Counted from the stretch's first letter, positions 28,606 through 39,265 are shown. The stretch: 64,000 bases of DNA from Promethearchaeati archaeon SRVP18_Atabeyarchaeia-1 (GCA_037308085.1 CP147779.1:2016001-2080000), one strand, 5' to 3'. The notes: generated from the letters alone by a model not told the origin. Numbers and translations: made by a program.

Positions 28606-29961
28606 ATGGACTACCTGCCAGTAGCTTCTCTAGTGGTCTTCCTCGCGACAATCTTTCTTATGATCAAGAGGCCTAGAGGAATAAACCTTGGCGTAGCTGC
28701 TGGGATCGGCGCGATCGCTTCATTGCTACTGGGCACCGTTAGCATCGGAGACGCTATTGTGGCGCTTGGCAATATATGGGATGCTGCCTTAGCCTTCGTC
28801 GGAATTGTGACGCTGTCGGTGACTCTGGACACAATGGGATTCTTCAGGTGGGCAGCCCTAAGAATTGCGGGGTTCGCGCACGGCAGTGGCGTCAGACTGT
28901 ACTTCTACACGGCGCTTTTAACGGCCGCTGTGAGCATACTTTTCGCCAATGACAGCGCAGTGCTGATATTAACCCCGATTGTTATGGAGATGGTTCGCAA
29001 TCTGAAAATGACTAAGAGCAGTAGAGTTGCATATCTCTTCGGCGCTGGTCTGATCGCTGACACCGCCGCGATGCCACTCATAACTAGCAATCCCGTAAAC
29101 ATTGTCAGCGCTGACTATTTCGGGTACACGTTTATTGAACACATGGTTTTCATGGTTCCAATTGCGGTCGCAACAGTGCTACTAAGCATGCTCGTGGTCT
29201 ATCTCTTCTTCAGGAGGGACATACCGAAGGCGTACTCCACGGAGCTGGTGCAGATTCTTGTAAAGAACGAGCACAGTCCAATGTGGCTGAAAACGAGTAT
29301 GGCGACTCTCGTCGCCATAGATGCAGGGTACGTGGTAGCATCATTCAACAGGATACCTGTCTCATTCGTAATCTGCGCAGGCGCTCTGTTCCTCCTTCTT
29401 CTATATGCTGGAACCTACAGGAGGGAGGCAGTGTACAGAGAGGAGCGAGTCGGCGCCATGCATGTCTTGAGGAAAGTAAACTGGGACATCCTCTTCTTCA
29501 TGATAAGTATCTTCCTTGTTGTCCAGGGTCTGAGTCATGCAGGTGCTGTCAGCTTCTTCTCCACTCTCTTCGTGAATTCACTTTCCCTGCCTTCAGTGCT
29601 CTCAACGTTGGTGCCCAGCCTCATTGTGACTGTCAGCGCTAGCGCGATGAATAACTGGCCGATGACTTTCATGGGACTACTGTCAATAAAGCAGTCGATG
29701 ATGACCTATGGGCTGAGCCCACAGTCGAGCACCACCCTCATCTTCTCCAACATAATCGGGAACAACCTTGGACCACACTTCTTTCCACTTGGCTCGCTCG
29801 CTATTCTAATGTGGCTTGGAACCATGAAGAGAAAGGGCTTAACGATAAGCTTCAAGGACTACCTGAAAGTAGGGTCAATACTCTCGGTCTTAGAGGTCAC
29901 CGTAGCAGCCGTCATACTGTGGATTGAGCAGACGTTTCTCGGCTTCACCCTAAGCGTATAG
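28606..29961 (+). CDS. arsB: Arsenical pump membrane protein
   Basis: LFANDSA.LILTP, DTA.MPL..SN.VN, MNN.P, GSLA.L.W. Confidence 0.85.
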   Translation: MDYLPVASLVVFLATIFLMIKRPRGINLGVAAGIGAIASLLLGTVSIGDAIVALGNIWDAALAFVGIVTLSVTLDTMGFFRWAALRIAGFAHGSGVRLYFYTALLTAAVSILFANDSAVLILTPIVMEMVRNLKMTKSSRVAYLFGAGLIADTAAMPLITSNPVNIVSADYFGYTFIEHMVFMVPIAVATVLLSMLVVYLFFRRDIPKAYSTELVQILVKNEHSPMWLKTSMATLVAIDAGYVVASFNRIPVSFVICAGALFLLLLYAGTYRREAVYREERVGAMHVLRKVNWDILFFMISIFLVVQGLSHAGAVSFFSTLFVNSLSLPSVLSTLVPSLIVTVSASAMNNWPMTFMGLLSIKQSMMTYGLSPQSSTTLIFSNIIGNNLGPHFFPLGSLAILMWLGTMKRKGLTISFKDYLKVGSILSVLEVTVAAVILWIEQTFLGFTLSV

Positions 29962-29998
29962 CCTGTTCCCTTGGTTGGCGGCTAATATCCCAGGTTAC

Positions 29999-31111
29999 TC
30001 AAGTTTTTCTTGAAGGTTGCATGAAATCAGCCAGTGTTCTCTGCTGTCCCTCCTGTTTCTCGAAGCCGGATACTTTGACACCTACTCTTCTCGCCTCATG
30101 CGTCGATTCTGCAAGGAATCTCTCGAAGAGTTCTCTAGCTGTTTTCTTTATGACTTCGAGTTGGTTCATTGGGTTTTCAAAGGTCTTGGATCGGCTATGG
30201 GCGGTGAGATCGGTCATAACCACGACTATCCCGATGGACTTGAAAGTGAGACCCCGTTCCAGAAGCCTCGAATAGACCTCCGCGCTCAGCTGATTGGCCT
30301 TCTCCATGATTACACTCAAGTCTCGAGTGTTCTCCTTGAGTGTGGCTATCCTGCTTATCGATAGGGCTTCCCCTCTTTCCTCCACGGGCTGATCGTCAAG
30401 CCCGACAGACGCGTTATGGAAATAGGTTCCAAGAGCCTTTCCAAAGGTTTCGATGAGCTTCTGCGCGTCGAACCTAGCCAAATCGCTTATTGTGCTTATT
30501 CCCAGCTCCCCCATTTTTCCCTCCGTTTTCGCCCCAATCCCAGGAATACGGCCGACGGGCATTGGTGAAAGGAAGCTTTCAACTTCGTCTGCCTCAACAA
30601 CCGTCAAACCGTCTGGTTTCTGCACATCTGAAGCGATCTTGGCGACAAGCTTGTTTGGGGCAACCCCAATGGAACATGTTATTCCTTCCTGAGCTTTTGT
30701 CTTGTCCTTTATCTCGAACGCAGCCCAACGTGCGTCCTTGAAGTTGCCCCTAACTCTCTCGCCCACGTCCAGATAGGCCTCATCTATCCCAACCTGTTCG
30801 AAGGCATCAGCATAGCCTCTGAGGATAGCCATTACCCGTTCTGAGACTTCTTCGTAGTATCGGCGGTCCATGGGGAGGAAGACTGCCTCGATGCCTTTCA
30901 GCCTCTTTTTCGCAAGAGCGATGGGTATCCCGGACCTCACGCCATGCTCCCTCGCGATGTAGTTCGCCGTGGCGACCGCCCCGCTGTCCTCCGTCCGCCC
31001 AGAATACACGCACACTACGACAGGCTTGTCCCTAATGGACGGGTTCCTTATCTCCTCAACCTGTGCGTAGAAGTAGTCCAGATCCACAAGCATGACGACT
31101 CTCTGCTGCAA
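29999..31111 (-). CDS. dinB: Y-family DNA polymerase IV
   Basis: VDLDYFYAQVE, ATANY.AR..GV.SG, GIDEAYLD, AKIASD..KPDG. Confidence 0.95.
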   Translation of the reverse strand: MQQRVVMLVDLDYFYAQVEEIRNPSIRDKPVVVCVYSGRTEDSGAVATANYIAREHGVRSGIPIALAKKRLKGIEAVFLPMDRRYYEEVSERVMAILRGYADAFEQVGIDEAYLDVGERVRGNFKDARWAAFEIKDKTKAQEGITCSIGVAPNKLVAKIASDVQKPDGLTVVEADEVESFLSPMPVGRIPGIGAKTEGKMGELGISTISDLARFDAQKLIETFGKALGTYFHNASVGLDDQPVEERGEALSISRIATLKENTRDLSVIMEKANQLSAEVYSRLLERGLTFKSIGIVVVMTDLTAHSRSKTFENPMNQLEVIKKTARELFERFLAESTHEARRVGVKVSGFEKQEGQQRTLADFMQPSRKT

Positions 31112-31186
31112 GCGGGGCTCCCTCACAAAGATAATATCGATCAACTGATTCATAAAGAGAGATCATATGGCCAAAGGTGGACTACC

Positions 31187-32251
31187 TTGACGGAAACTGC
31201 AAGAAATCCCGGGAAGAGGACAGGAGCTACTTCGAAGCCTGATCCTATTGGAGGAAGGAAAGACGGCAACGTGAGGATAACCGTAATACGATACGACCCG
31301 AACCACTATGAGGAGAAGCGGGTAGGCAGAATCGAGGAGTGTTTCCCAATAAAGGGGGAACCAGGCGTAACATGGGTCAACATAGACGGTCTGGAGAGAA
31401 AGGACATCATAGAGAAAGTCGGTGCTCACCTCGAGGTGTTCCCGCTGATAGTGGAAGATGTCCTGAGAAAAGGTGGACGCCCAAAACTCGAAGAGTTCGA
31501 CGACTATATATTTGCCATCTTGAAGATGCTCTACTACGGCGAGTCGAAAAAAGAGATAGTCACCGAGCAGGTCTCATGTATCTTTGGAGAGAACTACGTT
31601 GTGACCTTTCAGGAGAGGATTGGAGACGTCTTTGAACCCGTAAGGCAAAGGCTGAAGAGTGGAAAGGGCCGCGGACGAAGAATGGGTTCAGACTATCTTG
31701 CCTTCATGTTAATCGATGCCATCATAGACAACTACTTCCTCATCCTGGAGGGCATTGGGGATCGCATGGCTTCACTTGAAGAGGAGGTTGTGGAGTTCCC
31801 TACCAAGGAGACCCTGAGGGCCACCTACAAACTGAGGAGAAAACTCCTCTTCTTGGACAAAGCAATCTGGCCGTCAAGGACCGTGGTGGATCGCCTGGAG
31901 CGGAGCGACTCGAGACTCATAAAGAGGATCACCAGGCAGTACCTAAGGGATGTCTACGACCACGCGATTCAAGTCATAGAGAGCATAGAAACATACCGCG
32001 AGGTGTTCTCGAACATGCTCGACATCTACGTATCAAGCATCAGCAACAAGCTGAACGAGATAATGAAGGTGCTAACCATCATCGCCACCATCTTCATGCC
32101 CCTAAGCTTCATCGTCGGCGTATACGGGATGAACTTCACCACGCCTTTTCCACCATACGTCGCCGAATGGGGCTTCCTGGTAATCATGCTCCTCAACTTC
32201 GGGGTTGTCCTTACAATGTTGATCTACTTCAGGAGAAGAAGGTGGCTCTGA
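31187..32251 (+). CDS. corA: Magnesium/cobalt transporter CorA
   Basis: WVNIDG, RPKLEE, YLRDVYDH, MKVLT..GVYGMNF; start inferred at TTG 31187. Confidence 0.92.
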   Translation: MTETARNPGKRTGATSKPDPIGGRKDGNVRITVIRYDPNHYEEKRVGRIEECFPIKGEPGVTWVNIDGLERKDIIEKVGAHLEVFPLIVEDVLRKGGRPKLEEFDDYIFAILKMLYYGESKKEIVTEQVSCIFGENYVVTFQERIGDVFEPVRQRLKSGKGRGRRMGSDYLAFMLIDAIIDNYFLILEGIGDRMASLEEEVVEFPTKETLRATYKLRRKLLFLDKAIWPSRTVVDRLERSDSRLIKRITRQYLRDVYDHAIQVIESIETYREVFSNMLDIYVSSISNKLNEIMKVLTIIATIFMPLSFIVGVYGMNFTTPFPPYVAEWGFLVIMLLNFGVVLTMLIYFRRRRWL

Positions 32252-32367
32252 GGAAGACAGAAGTGACATCAATCGCTGGCTGAAGAACGGTTGATGCCCG
32301 CTATGAACAGAGCCCTTGGTACGGGCATTGCTTGATTCACCAAAGGAAGAAATACTCATCTTCGTCG

Positions 32368-33237
32368 CTAGAGCAGCTTCTTCTTCAGCTCTCCAACATA
32401 GTCTTCTACTGTCCTCTTCTGGTATCGGAGTACCGCCTGAGACTCCGTTGTATCGTACCAGTCTGCGTAGTTTGGCTTCTTAGTGAATTTGCTCCAGTCT
32501 GGGTCAGGTAGCCCAAGTGCTCCGAATGTCTTTCTGATCAGGTCTTTGAAAGTCATCTGGTTTTCCTTTCCACCTGCAATGATGAAAGTCTTGTTATCAG
32601 AGCTCTTATTCTTCAGGGAGTTGATTATGGCTGTGCATGCATCTTGCACGTGTAGGAATTCCACCCTCCCCGCCAAAGGCAAGGAGAAGAGGTATCCCAT
32701 ACTAGCCGAACCTATCTCAGGCGATAGCGTTACTGCAAGCCTCAGAATCGCGTATCTTACTCCTGATTTCCTGATCATCTCCTCGCACAGTATCTTGCCA
32801 CGCGTGTAGTTATCGGTTCCCTTCACCGGGTGATCAGGTCTAATCGGCGGATTCTCCTTATCAGTAATGCCAAAAACCGAAATCGTTGAGGAGAAGACAA
32901 GTTTTGGCTTCCTTATGCTTGCTTTCATAGCTGCCAAGACGTTCCGCGCGCCAGCCACATTCACTTTCTTTGCCAGCGCGGGTTTCTCCTCGCTCACTGG
33001 AGGGAGCACGAACGCCAAGTGGACGACGGCGTCGACATCGCTGTTGACCGCCTTTCTCACAGTATTCGCGTCCGACACGTCACCCCAAACGAACTCCGCG
33101 CGCCCTTGGTTTCCTGCAACATTCCTATTCGCCTCAGTCGGCAGATCAAGACCTCGCACTTCGAAACCCTCTTCTAAGAGACGAGGTACCAATGCCGAAC
33201 CAATGTTCCCACATGCACCTGTGACAAGGATCTTCAT
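32368..33237 (-). CDS. NAD-dependent epimerase/dehydratase (extended SDR)
   Basis: TGACGNIG, HLA, YTRGK. Confidence 0.88.
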   Translation of the reverse strand: MKILVTGACGNIGSALVPRLLEEGFEVRGLDLPTEANRNVAGNQGRAEFVWGDVSDANTVRKAVNSDVDAVVHLAFVLPPVSEEKPALAKKVNVAGARNVLAAMKASIRKPKLVFSSTISVFGITDKENPPIRPDHPVKGTDNYTRGKILCEEMIRKSGVRYAILRLAVTLSPEIGSASMGYLFSLPLAGRVEFLHVQDACTAIINSLKNKSSDNKTFIIAGGKENQMTFKDLIRKTFGALGLPDPDWSKFTKKPNYADWYDTTESQAVLRYQKRTVEDYVGELKKKLL

Positions 33238-33614
33238 GGAACTAGCGTTCTCCTAACACTCATCAAGCATAGCCTGATGGGTCATCTTGCTGAATAGTCA
33301 GATATATATCTAGCTAATCGACGATCCCCGCTTTCCCATCGGTGTCACGGGTTGGGACATTCGCACCCACAGCCTTTATGCGGAAAGAATGAGCTCGTGG
33401 ATACGGCGCAGGCGGCTCTGATGCCTCTGGGAAACTCGCAATTCCAGCGCGACAATCGACAAGGATCCTAATCATGATTAATAAGACGAGGCGGCTCTCC
33501 GTCTATGTGGAGAAAGCACGGGGGAGGTACAGCTCGGCTAAGAGGAGGGGAAGTGCTAGTGATGAGGGGACGCTGAGACATTATAGTCTACCTACCCTCT
33601 GGGGGGGATGAAAA

Positions 33615-34319
33615 TTGTCAGGCAGAGAGATAAATGGATTCAAAATGTTTGGAGCACCACCACCGGGATCATTTGACCCGAAGGCCTTCATAGCCCAATG
33701 GAAGATTGGCAATAGAGAGGAAGAGAAGGTCTACGGCCCAGTATACGCTGCCAGGATGATCCAGTATGCGCTGCAGTACCTCGCCAAAAGAACCGGAGAG
33801 AAGCCACCAGAAGACATTAGAACCTTCGCCCAACTGGCGGACCACGCACTATCGAAGATTGGCGAATGCCAAACGGCGTACTGCGCCTTGACATATGCAC
33901 AGTGCAAAACAGAGAAAGAGCTCCAAGGGCAGATCGGAGCCGCAAAACGAATCAATAATATTAGCTGGCAAAGACAAACCCTAAAGCCGAAAAACGGAGA
34001 AGAGAGGAACATAGATCTCAGCGGCATCGTGTCAAACTTTCGCCAAGCAGCGATCGCCATGAAGCTGTGCCCAGCAGAACTCGGATATAGGGCAAATGAA
34101 GACGGAAGCCTTGACGTGTTGCTGCCGAATTGCTTCTACAAGGACGCGTGCCGGGAACTCTTCAAAGAAGACCTCCTAACCGGGCCAGGCGGGAAAATGA
34201 TCTGCAACCTAGGTATCCCAATTTCCGTATACCTAAGAGCCACGACCGGCTATGAATGGGACTATCAATGCCTAGAATATGACAAGCCGAACTGCACAAT
34301 AAGACAGCGCATGGTCTGA
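33615..34319 (+). CDS. Hypothetical protein, V4R-like Cys pattern (paralog of 18347..19000)
   Basis: KVYGPV; NCFYKDAC...MICNLG...NC. Confidence 0.6.
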   Translation: MSGREINGFKMFGAPPPGSFDPKAFIAQWKIGNREEEKVYGPVYAARMIQYALQYLAKRTGEKPPEDIRTFAQLADHALSKIGECQTAYCALTYAQCKTEKELQGQIGAAKRINNISWQRQTLKPKNGEERNIDLSGIVSNFRQAAIAMKLCPAELGYRANEDGSLDVLLPNCFYKDACRELFKEDLLTGPGGKMICNLGIPISVYLRATTGYEWDYQCLEYDKPNCTIRQRMV

Positions 34320-34577
34320 GCAATAGATCACCTGGAACCACGCCGATCACGGCGCAGACAGGAGCCACCCCCCCAACCCCTGCCCCGGATTGCCCCACGG
34401 CATTCTCAGTCTAAAACTCGTACTCCTCTTTCCCATTTCTATTCGTGAAGCCGAGCACGCAGTCAGAAACTTCACGAAGAGGTGAGAAGGGTTCGCAAGC
34501 AGGATCCAATGAAGCAACCCCCAAAGGATCCAAGGAGAAGGAAGAGACAAGATGAAGTGAGCCACAGATGGCGCTGG

Positions 34578-35228
34578 TTAAGCCTTGTGCCACTCTTTCT
34601 TGCTCCCAGCCACTTTCCCCATCGATACCCCGAAGAGTACGAGAGCCAACGCGAAGAAGAAACTAGTTGTGAGCATTCCGATCAATGCAAAAGCGAGCGC
34701 ACTACTCAGGTCCGGCTCACCGGTGTTCCGCTTCAGCCTCCGAATTCCGACTGCAAAGAAAATGAAGGCCACCCAACTAAACAGCAAGGGGCCCAGTACG
34801 CTGGTATATCCTACTACGAGCAAGAATACCAAGAGAAGTGACGGAAGGGGCGTAAAAGGTGGGAAGTAGTAAGCAGGCACGGAGGTTCCAAGCAATACCC
34901 AGACGATAAATGCAAGGTAGGCAGCTGCGTACAGAACGCCTGCCTGACCCAGCCACACAATCAACAGTCTTCTGCCTAGTAGGATCAGGGAGATGCCGGA
35001 AATAGCTCCGAGCGCAAAAATGACGACCAAGATGACTTCAGTAATAAGAGGAGCGGCTAACAGAGGCGCTAATGGGATCAAGGCGAGCATAGCAGCAAGG
35101 AGACCTGGAGTTAGAACAATGAGGAAAAGCGTTAGTAGGCTCATGGCCCCCAGTAAGGATCCAAAAAGCAGATTCACTCTGGAAACCATCCTCATAATAG
35201 ATTCGTCGGCAATCTTCTTTCTAGCCAA
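34578..35228 (-). CDS. Hypothetical membrane protein
   Basis: Highly hydrophobic, about 5-6 TM. Confidence 0.6.
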   Translation of the reverse strand: MARKKIADESIMRMVSRVNLLFGSLLGAMSLLTLFLIVLTPGLLAAMLALIPLAPLLAAPLITEVILVVIFALGAISGISLILLGRRLLIVWLGQAGVLYAAAYLAFIVWVLLGTSVPAYYFPPFTPLPSLLLVFLLVVGYTSVLGPLLFSWVAFIFFAVGIRRLKRNTGEPDLSSALAFALIGMLTTSFFFALALVLFGVSMGKVAGSKKEWHKA

Positions 35229-35710
35229 CGCTTGTCATCCCCAGCTAAGTCACGTGACACGCCTGGTTTGCGAAAGGACTGGTTGCGTCGCTCCAACCCT
35301 AGCGATGACAGCCGCCTTAGTCCTGGGCCCTCCTGTACGACGAGAGTCTATTAAGCTCCATATATAGGTTGCTCTTGAATTAGGGCGCTTCGAGATTCGC
35401 TTGGGTTCGCCACCATCTTCATACGATGGGTTGCGTGCTTTGGTTGGGAGCGTTACGTGTCTCGCTCAGAGTAAGGATCTCATTCTTCCACCAGCTTCTT
35501 GCCGGCAATCAGACCGTTCCAGCTTCCTGGCAGTGCAGTGGGGGTTACTTATAGGATGATGACCCAGCGGAGTTGTGAACCCTGACAATGCAGTTGCTTT
35601 CTGAGTCCCGCGCTACATAGAATTCATATTCTAGAATAGCAAAGATCTTACTATGGAGTTCAGCCGGTTCCACAGATGCACTTTACTTTTGCATTGAAGG
35701 GGGCTTGTGA

Positions 35711-37141
35711 ATGGATGCAGCTACAGTTTCAACTGGGGCGGAAGCCCTTGACGAGATGATCGAAGGAGGCTTCCCACAGGGCAGCCTTGTCATCGTAGCA
35801 GGCAACCCTGGTTCAGGGAAAACGGCTTTTGCCATCAATTTTGCATGCAAGGGCATTAGCTCGGGTGATGCCGTTGTGTTCGCTTCGCTGGGCGAACCAA
35901 GGGAAGCTTTCATTAATGAAATATCCAGGCATTTTCATTTCGACGCGGAGCAGTTCATGCGCACCGACAAGATGAGTTTCCTCGACTTGTCTATTGTGAG
36001 GGAAGGAGGTGCGCCCAGCATGATTCAGTCCATATTGGATCGGGTCGAAAGAACCGGTGCTAAGCGTCTCGTCATCGATAGCTTCTCGGCGATGGCCTTA
36101 GCCTTCGAGAGGAAACTTGATACCCGCAGCATCCTCCAGGCAATTCTCAGTAAGGTCGTCCGGCAGCTCGGGTGCACCACAATCCTTGCCGTTGAGATCC
36201 CCTTCGGGGATGAGCGCGTCGGTACGGGTGTAGAGGAATTCGTTGCTGACGGGGTCATAAAGCTCGGGTCAGAGATGATTGACGACCGGCTGATCAGAGT
36301 ACTGGAACTCGTCAAGCTCAGAGGAACCAGGTTAGCCGAGAGAAAATTGATATTTACCCTCGAAGAGGGCTTCAAGGTTTTCGCGCCTTTTCAGCTCAAA
36401 CCAATAGCTAGCCCTAAACCGTTCAAGGCGATACCTGACAAGCCAGGCAGGTTCTCCTCTGGATCAGAGGACCTGGACAGACTCCTTAACGGGGGATACC
36501 CCGTAGGGTCAACGATCCTCTTCGAGATCGGCAGAGGCGTGCCGGTATTCCACAACGCGCTGCTCCAGGGTCAGGTCGTCCGCAACTTCATGGCCAATGG
36601 CAGGGCCGGAATAATGCTCCCATCGACCGGAATAGACCCAAAAATGATGAAGATGGCTGCCACCAGAATTGGATTCAAGGAGAAAGACATCGACCGATTA
36701 TTGAGGCTCTGCCTCCTCCGATTCTCCGAGTCCAGCAGGGAGCCATATGTGATCCCCTTGGAGGGAGAAAACATCGACTCGGATAACAAGCTCATCAGAA
36801 ATGTGGAGGAGGAGTTGAGGAAGGAGACGGGGAAGCCCATAGTCTATGTCATGGGATACGATTCAGTGATCGCGAATTATGGCTTGAAGGCCGCAATGAA
36901 GACTGCAGTCCTTGACGCAGCTAGGGCAATGGAGCACGGGAACCTCGGCATAATCTCACTGAGACTAGGCTATGGCAAAGCCTCAGTGGTGCTGAATGAA
37001 CTGGCCTACGTGCACTTCAGGTTGGCAGAGAAGTATGGGGCCCTAATCCTCTACGGGATCAAACCCAGAACAAACCTATTCGTTGTAGAGGTAGACGTCT
37101 CACGGGGATATGATTCGCCAAAGCTCACGCCAATACTCTAG
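35711..37141 (+). CDS. KaiC/GvpD/RAD55-like double-domain ATPase
   Basis: STG...LD.MI.GG, GNPGSGKT, RLVIDS, KLRG; degenerate second domain (SSG..DLD.LL.GG) lacks Walker A. Confidence 0.88.
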   Translation: MDAATVSTGAEALDEMIEGGFPQGSLVIVAGNPGSGKTAFAINFACKGISSGDAVVFASLGEPREAFINEISRHFHFDAEQFMRTDKMSFLDLSIVREGGAPSMIQSILDRVERTGAKRLVIDSFSAMALAFERKLDTRSILQAILSKVVRQLGCTTILAVEIPFGDERVGTGVEEFVADGVIKLGSEMIDDRLIRVLELVKLRGTRLAERKLIFTLEEGFKVFAPFQLKPIASPKPFKAIPDKPGRFSSGSEDLDRLLNGGYPVGSTILFEIGRGVPVFHNALLQGQVVRNFMANGRAGIMLPSTGIDPKMMKMAATRIGFKEKDIDRLLRLCLLRFSESSREPYVIPLEGENIDSDNKLIRNVEEELRKETGKPIVYVMGYDSVIANYGLKAAMKTAVLDAARAMEHGNLGIISLRLGYGKASVVLNELAYVHFRLAEKYGALILYGIKPRTNLFVVEVDVSRGYDSPKLTPIL

Positions 37142-37307
37142 AGCCCTATCGATTCACCTGGAAGTGGCGCTCCTCACACGTGGCGAGAGGCGTCAGGAGG
37201 GATCTACGAGCCTCGCTTCTTTTATCCTGGAACGCGGCGCGACATAAGAAAAACCTTAAGTCTATCTAGGCACGAGACGTAGTGTCTTGACCAGGAGGTT
37301 TTTCGAA

Positions 37308-38387
37308 GTGCCAATTAGAGTTGGAATTATAGGATGTGGCTTTGCCGGCTGCATGCACGCAATAGCCTATCAGCCACACATAGAAGCGGGAAATGTGAAG
37401 CTCGTTGCATCCTGTGATGCCGATGAGGATGTTGCAGCCAAGATGGCGAAGGAGTACGAGATGGATGCCTATTACAGGGATTGGCGGGATCTTGTCAAGA
37501 GAAGGGATATCGATGCTGTCTCAATTTGCCTGCCTCACTACTTGCATGAGGAAGTATCGGTCGCTGCATCAAAGAGTGGAAAGCATGTCCTCTGTGAGAA
37601 GCCGATGGCCACCACGCTCGAAGGCTGTGACAACATGATCAAGGCAGCGAAGGATGCGAAGGTCAAGCTAATGATAGCTGAGACCTACAGGTTCATGCCT
37701 ACCATGGTCAAAATCAAGGAGATCGTCGATAGCGGCAAGGTTGGTGAATTGTTCTTCGCACGTGGCTCAGAGTGCCTCAACGAGGTTCCGAAGATATGCG
37801 ACCCCGACTCTTGGCACTGCACCCCCGACAAGGCGGGCGGTGGAGTCTGGTTCGATGCTGGCGTCCACATCTGCTCCGCGTTCAGGTACGTGTTTGGGGA
37901 TGTCGACTCAGTTAGAGCGGGTCTGCTTGAGCACGTCGTAGCTAAGGAGAAGGAAGATGACAACGCAATAGTGCTACTGAAATTCAAGAAAGGGACGGTC
38001 GCAGAGGCTTTTCTGAGCGAGACTATTGGCAGCCCAGCCTTCATCAGGTTTGAGTTTTACGGGACTGAGGGGACGATTCTCATGGACACGGCCTGGGATG
38101 AGCCGATAAAATTCTTCTCCAGTAAGGGAGAGAATCCTTCAGAGGAATGGGAGAAGCCCGAAGTGGAACACCTCCCGATGCCTCAGTTCTACACCCTATC
38201 CTTCAGAGGGGAGGTAAAGGAGTTCGTGGATTCTCTGCTCACGAAGAGGGATCCAAAATACCGCGGTGAAGAAGGAAAGGTTGCGGTCGAGATGGCCCTA
38301 ATGGGTGTTCTCTCAGCAAAAACGGGGAAGGCGGTTGACCGAAATGAGCTGTATTCGCCACTCGCTAAGAAATACGGAATAAAGTAG
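37308..38387 (+). CDS. Gfo/Idh/MocA family oxidoreductase
   Basis: GIIGCG, GKHVLCEKP, GGG...D.GVH. Confidence 0.92.
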   Translation: MPIRVGIIGCGFAGCMHAIAYQPHIEAGNVKLVASCDADEDVAAKMAKEYEMDAYYRDWRDLVKRRDIDAVSICLPHYLHEEVSVAASKSGKHVLCEKPMATTLEGCDNMIKAAKDAKVKLMIAETYRFMPTMVKIKEIVDSGKVGELFFARGSECLNEVPKICDPDSWHCTPDKAGGGVWFDAGVHICSAFRYVFGDVDSVRAGLLEHVVAKEKEDDNAIVLLKFKKGTVAEAFLSETIGSPAFIRFEFYGTEGTILMDTAWDEPIKFFSSKGENPSEEWEKPEVEHLPMPQFYTLSFRGEVKEFVDSLLTKRDPKYRGEEGKVAVEMALMGVLSAKTGKAVDRNELYSPLAKKYGIK

Positions 38388-38428
38388 CGTGGGCGGCATC
38401 TACAAGTCCCATCAAGTAGAAGTTGCGC

Positions 38429-39265
38429 TCACTCGCGTTTGACCAAGCTTGCTCCACACGATGCGCAGAAAGAGGCGCCGGCGACGAGCCCAGCGCCACA
38501 GTTCGGGCAAAGTGATGCTACCGCGGCGGCTGCTGGCCCGGGTGTCCCTGCCGAGTTGGCTACACCCGTTGTTGCCGCGCCTTCTGGCATTGCACTCACT
38601 GTCTCCTGTTCTTCCCTTCGATGGCGCGCCCTCAAGGCCACAAAAGCCACCAACGCGATTGCTGCCACGCCAACGCCTACACCCCCGATCAGGAGCAGAG
38701 GTATCGGGTCAGCAGAGAACTCTGATGTGGATGTCGCTTCAATCGTGATCGAGCCCTGCGGCGAATATATGGTAACTACTTCCTTCAGCATCAATCCGGT
38801 GTCCTTGTCAAAGTACAGGTCAACTGACCCGTTGCTGACACTCGTGCCAAAGTGATTTACCGTCCTGTGTGTGCCTGCAACATAGATTGATGGAGCGTCG
38901 GTGATCACTACAGTCGAACCCATGTAAAATGGATCGCCTGGGTTCAATCCAGCCGCGATGACAAAAGAGCAGATGCTGTTCGAACCCGTTGAAATGTCTC
39001 CCGAGTAGTAGTGTGTTTGTGATTGGCCTCCGTAGCTTACTGTGTAGGTGACTGAAACGGTGGTTCCGCTCACCTGTGTGATGTCGACTCGCGCCGACCC
39101 AGACATTGTTCCGGCTGACGCCACATACAATGAGAAAGAGTAGTTTGCCCAGTCCCCTGTTTTTACGCCAACTTTCGTGTAGTCCGCACCTTGCGTCGGA
39201 GTAGTAGCAGAAGAGACAAACAGAAGCAGCGAAAGTATGATTAATACTGCATAAGGCCTCTTCAA
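38429..39265 (-). CDS. Surface protein (ADYxKxGVKxGD family, paralog 5) with TM and cytoplasmic zinc ribbon
   Basis: Signal peptide, ADYTKVGVKTGD, YFDKDTGLMLK, TM, CPNCG..CASCG. Confidence 0.82.
   Translation of the reverse strand: MKRPYAVLIILSLLLFVSSATTPTQGADYTKVGVKTGDWANYSFSLYVASAGTMSGSARVDITQVSGTTVSVTYTVSYGGQSQTHYYSGDISTGSNSICSFVIAAGLNPGDPFYMGSTVVITDAPSIYVAGTHRTVNHFGTSVSNGSVDLYFDKDTGLMLKEVVTIYSPQGSITIEATSTSEFSADPIPLLLIGGVGVGVAAIALVAFVALRARHRREEQETVSAMPEGAATTGVANSAGTPGPAAAAVASLCPNCGAGLVAGASFCASCGASLVKRE

Noticed and set aside
30944-31186. N-terminal extension of CorA in the ORF track
   Set aside because: Overlaps dinB on the opposite strand; CorA homology begins later
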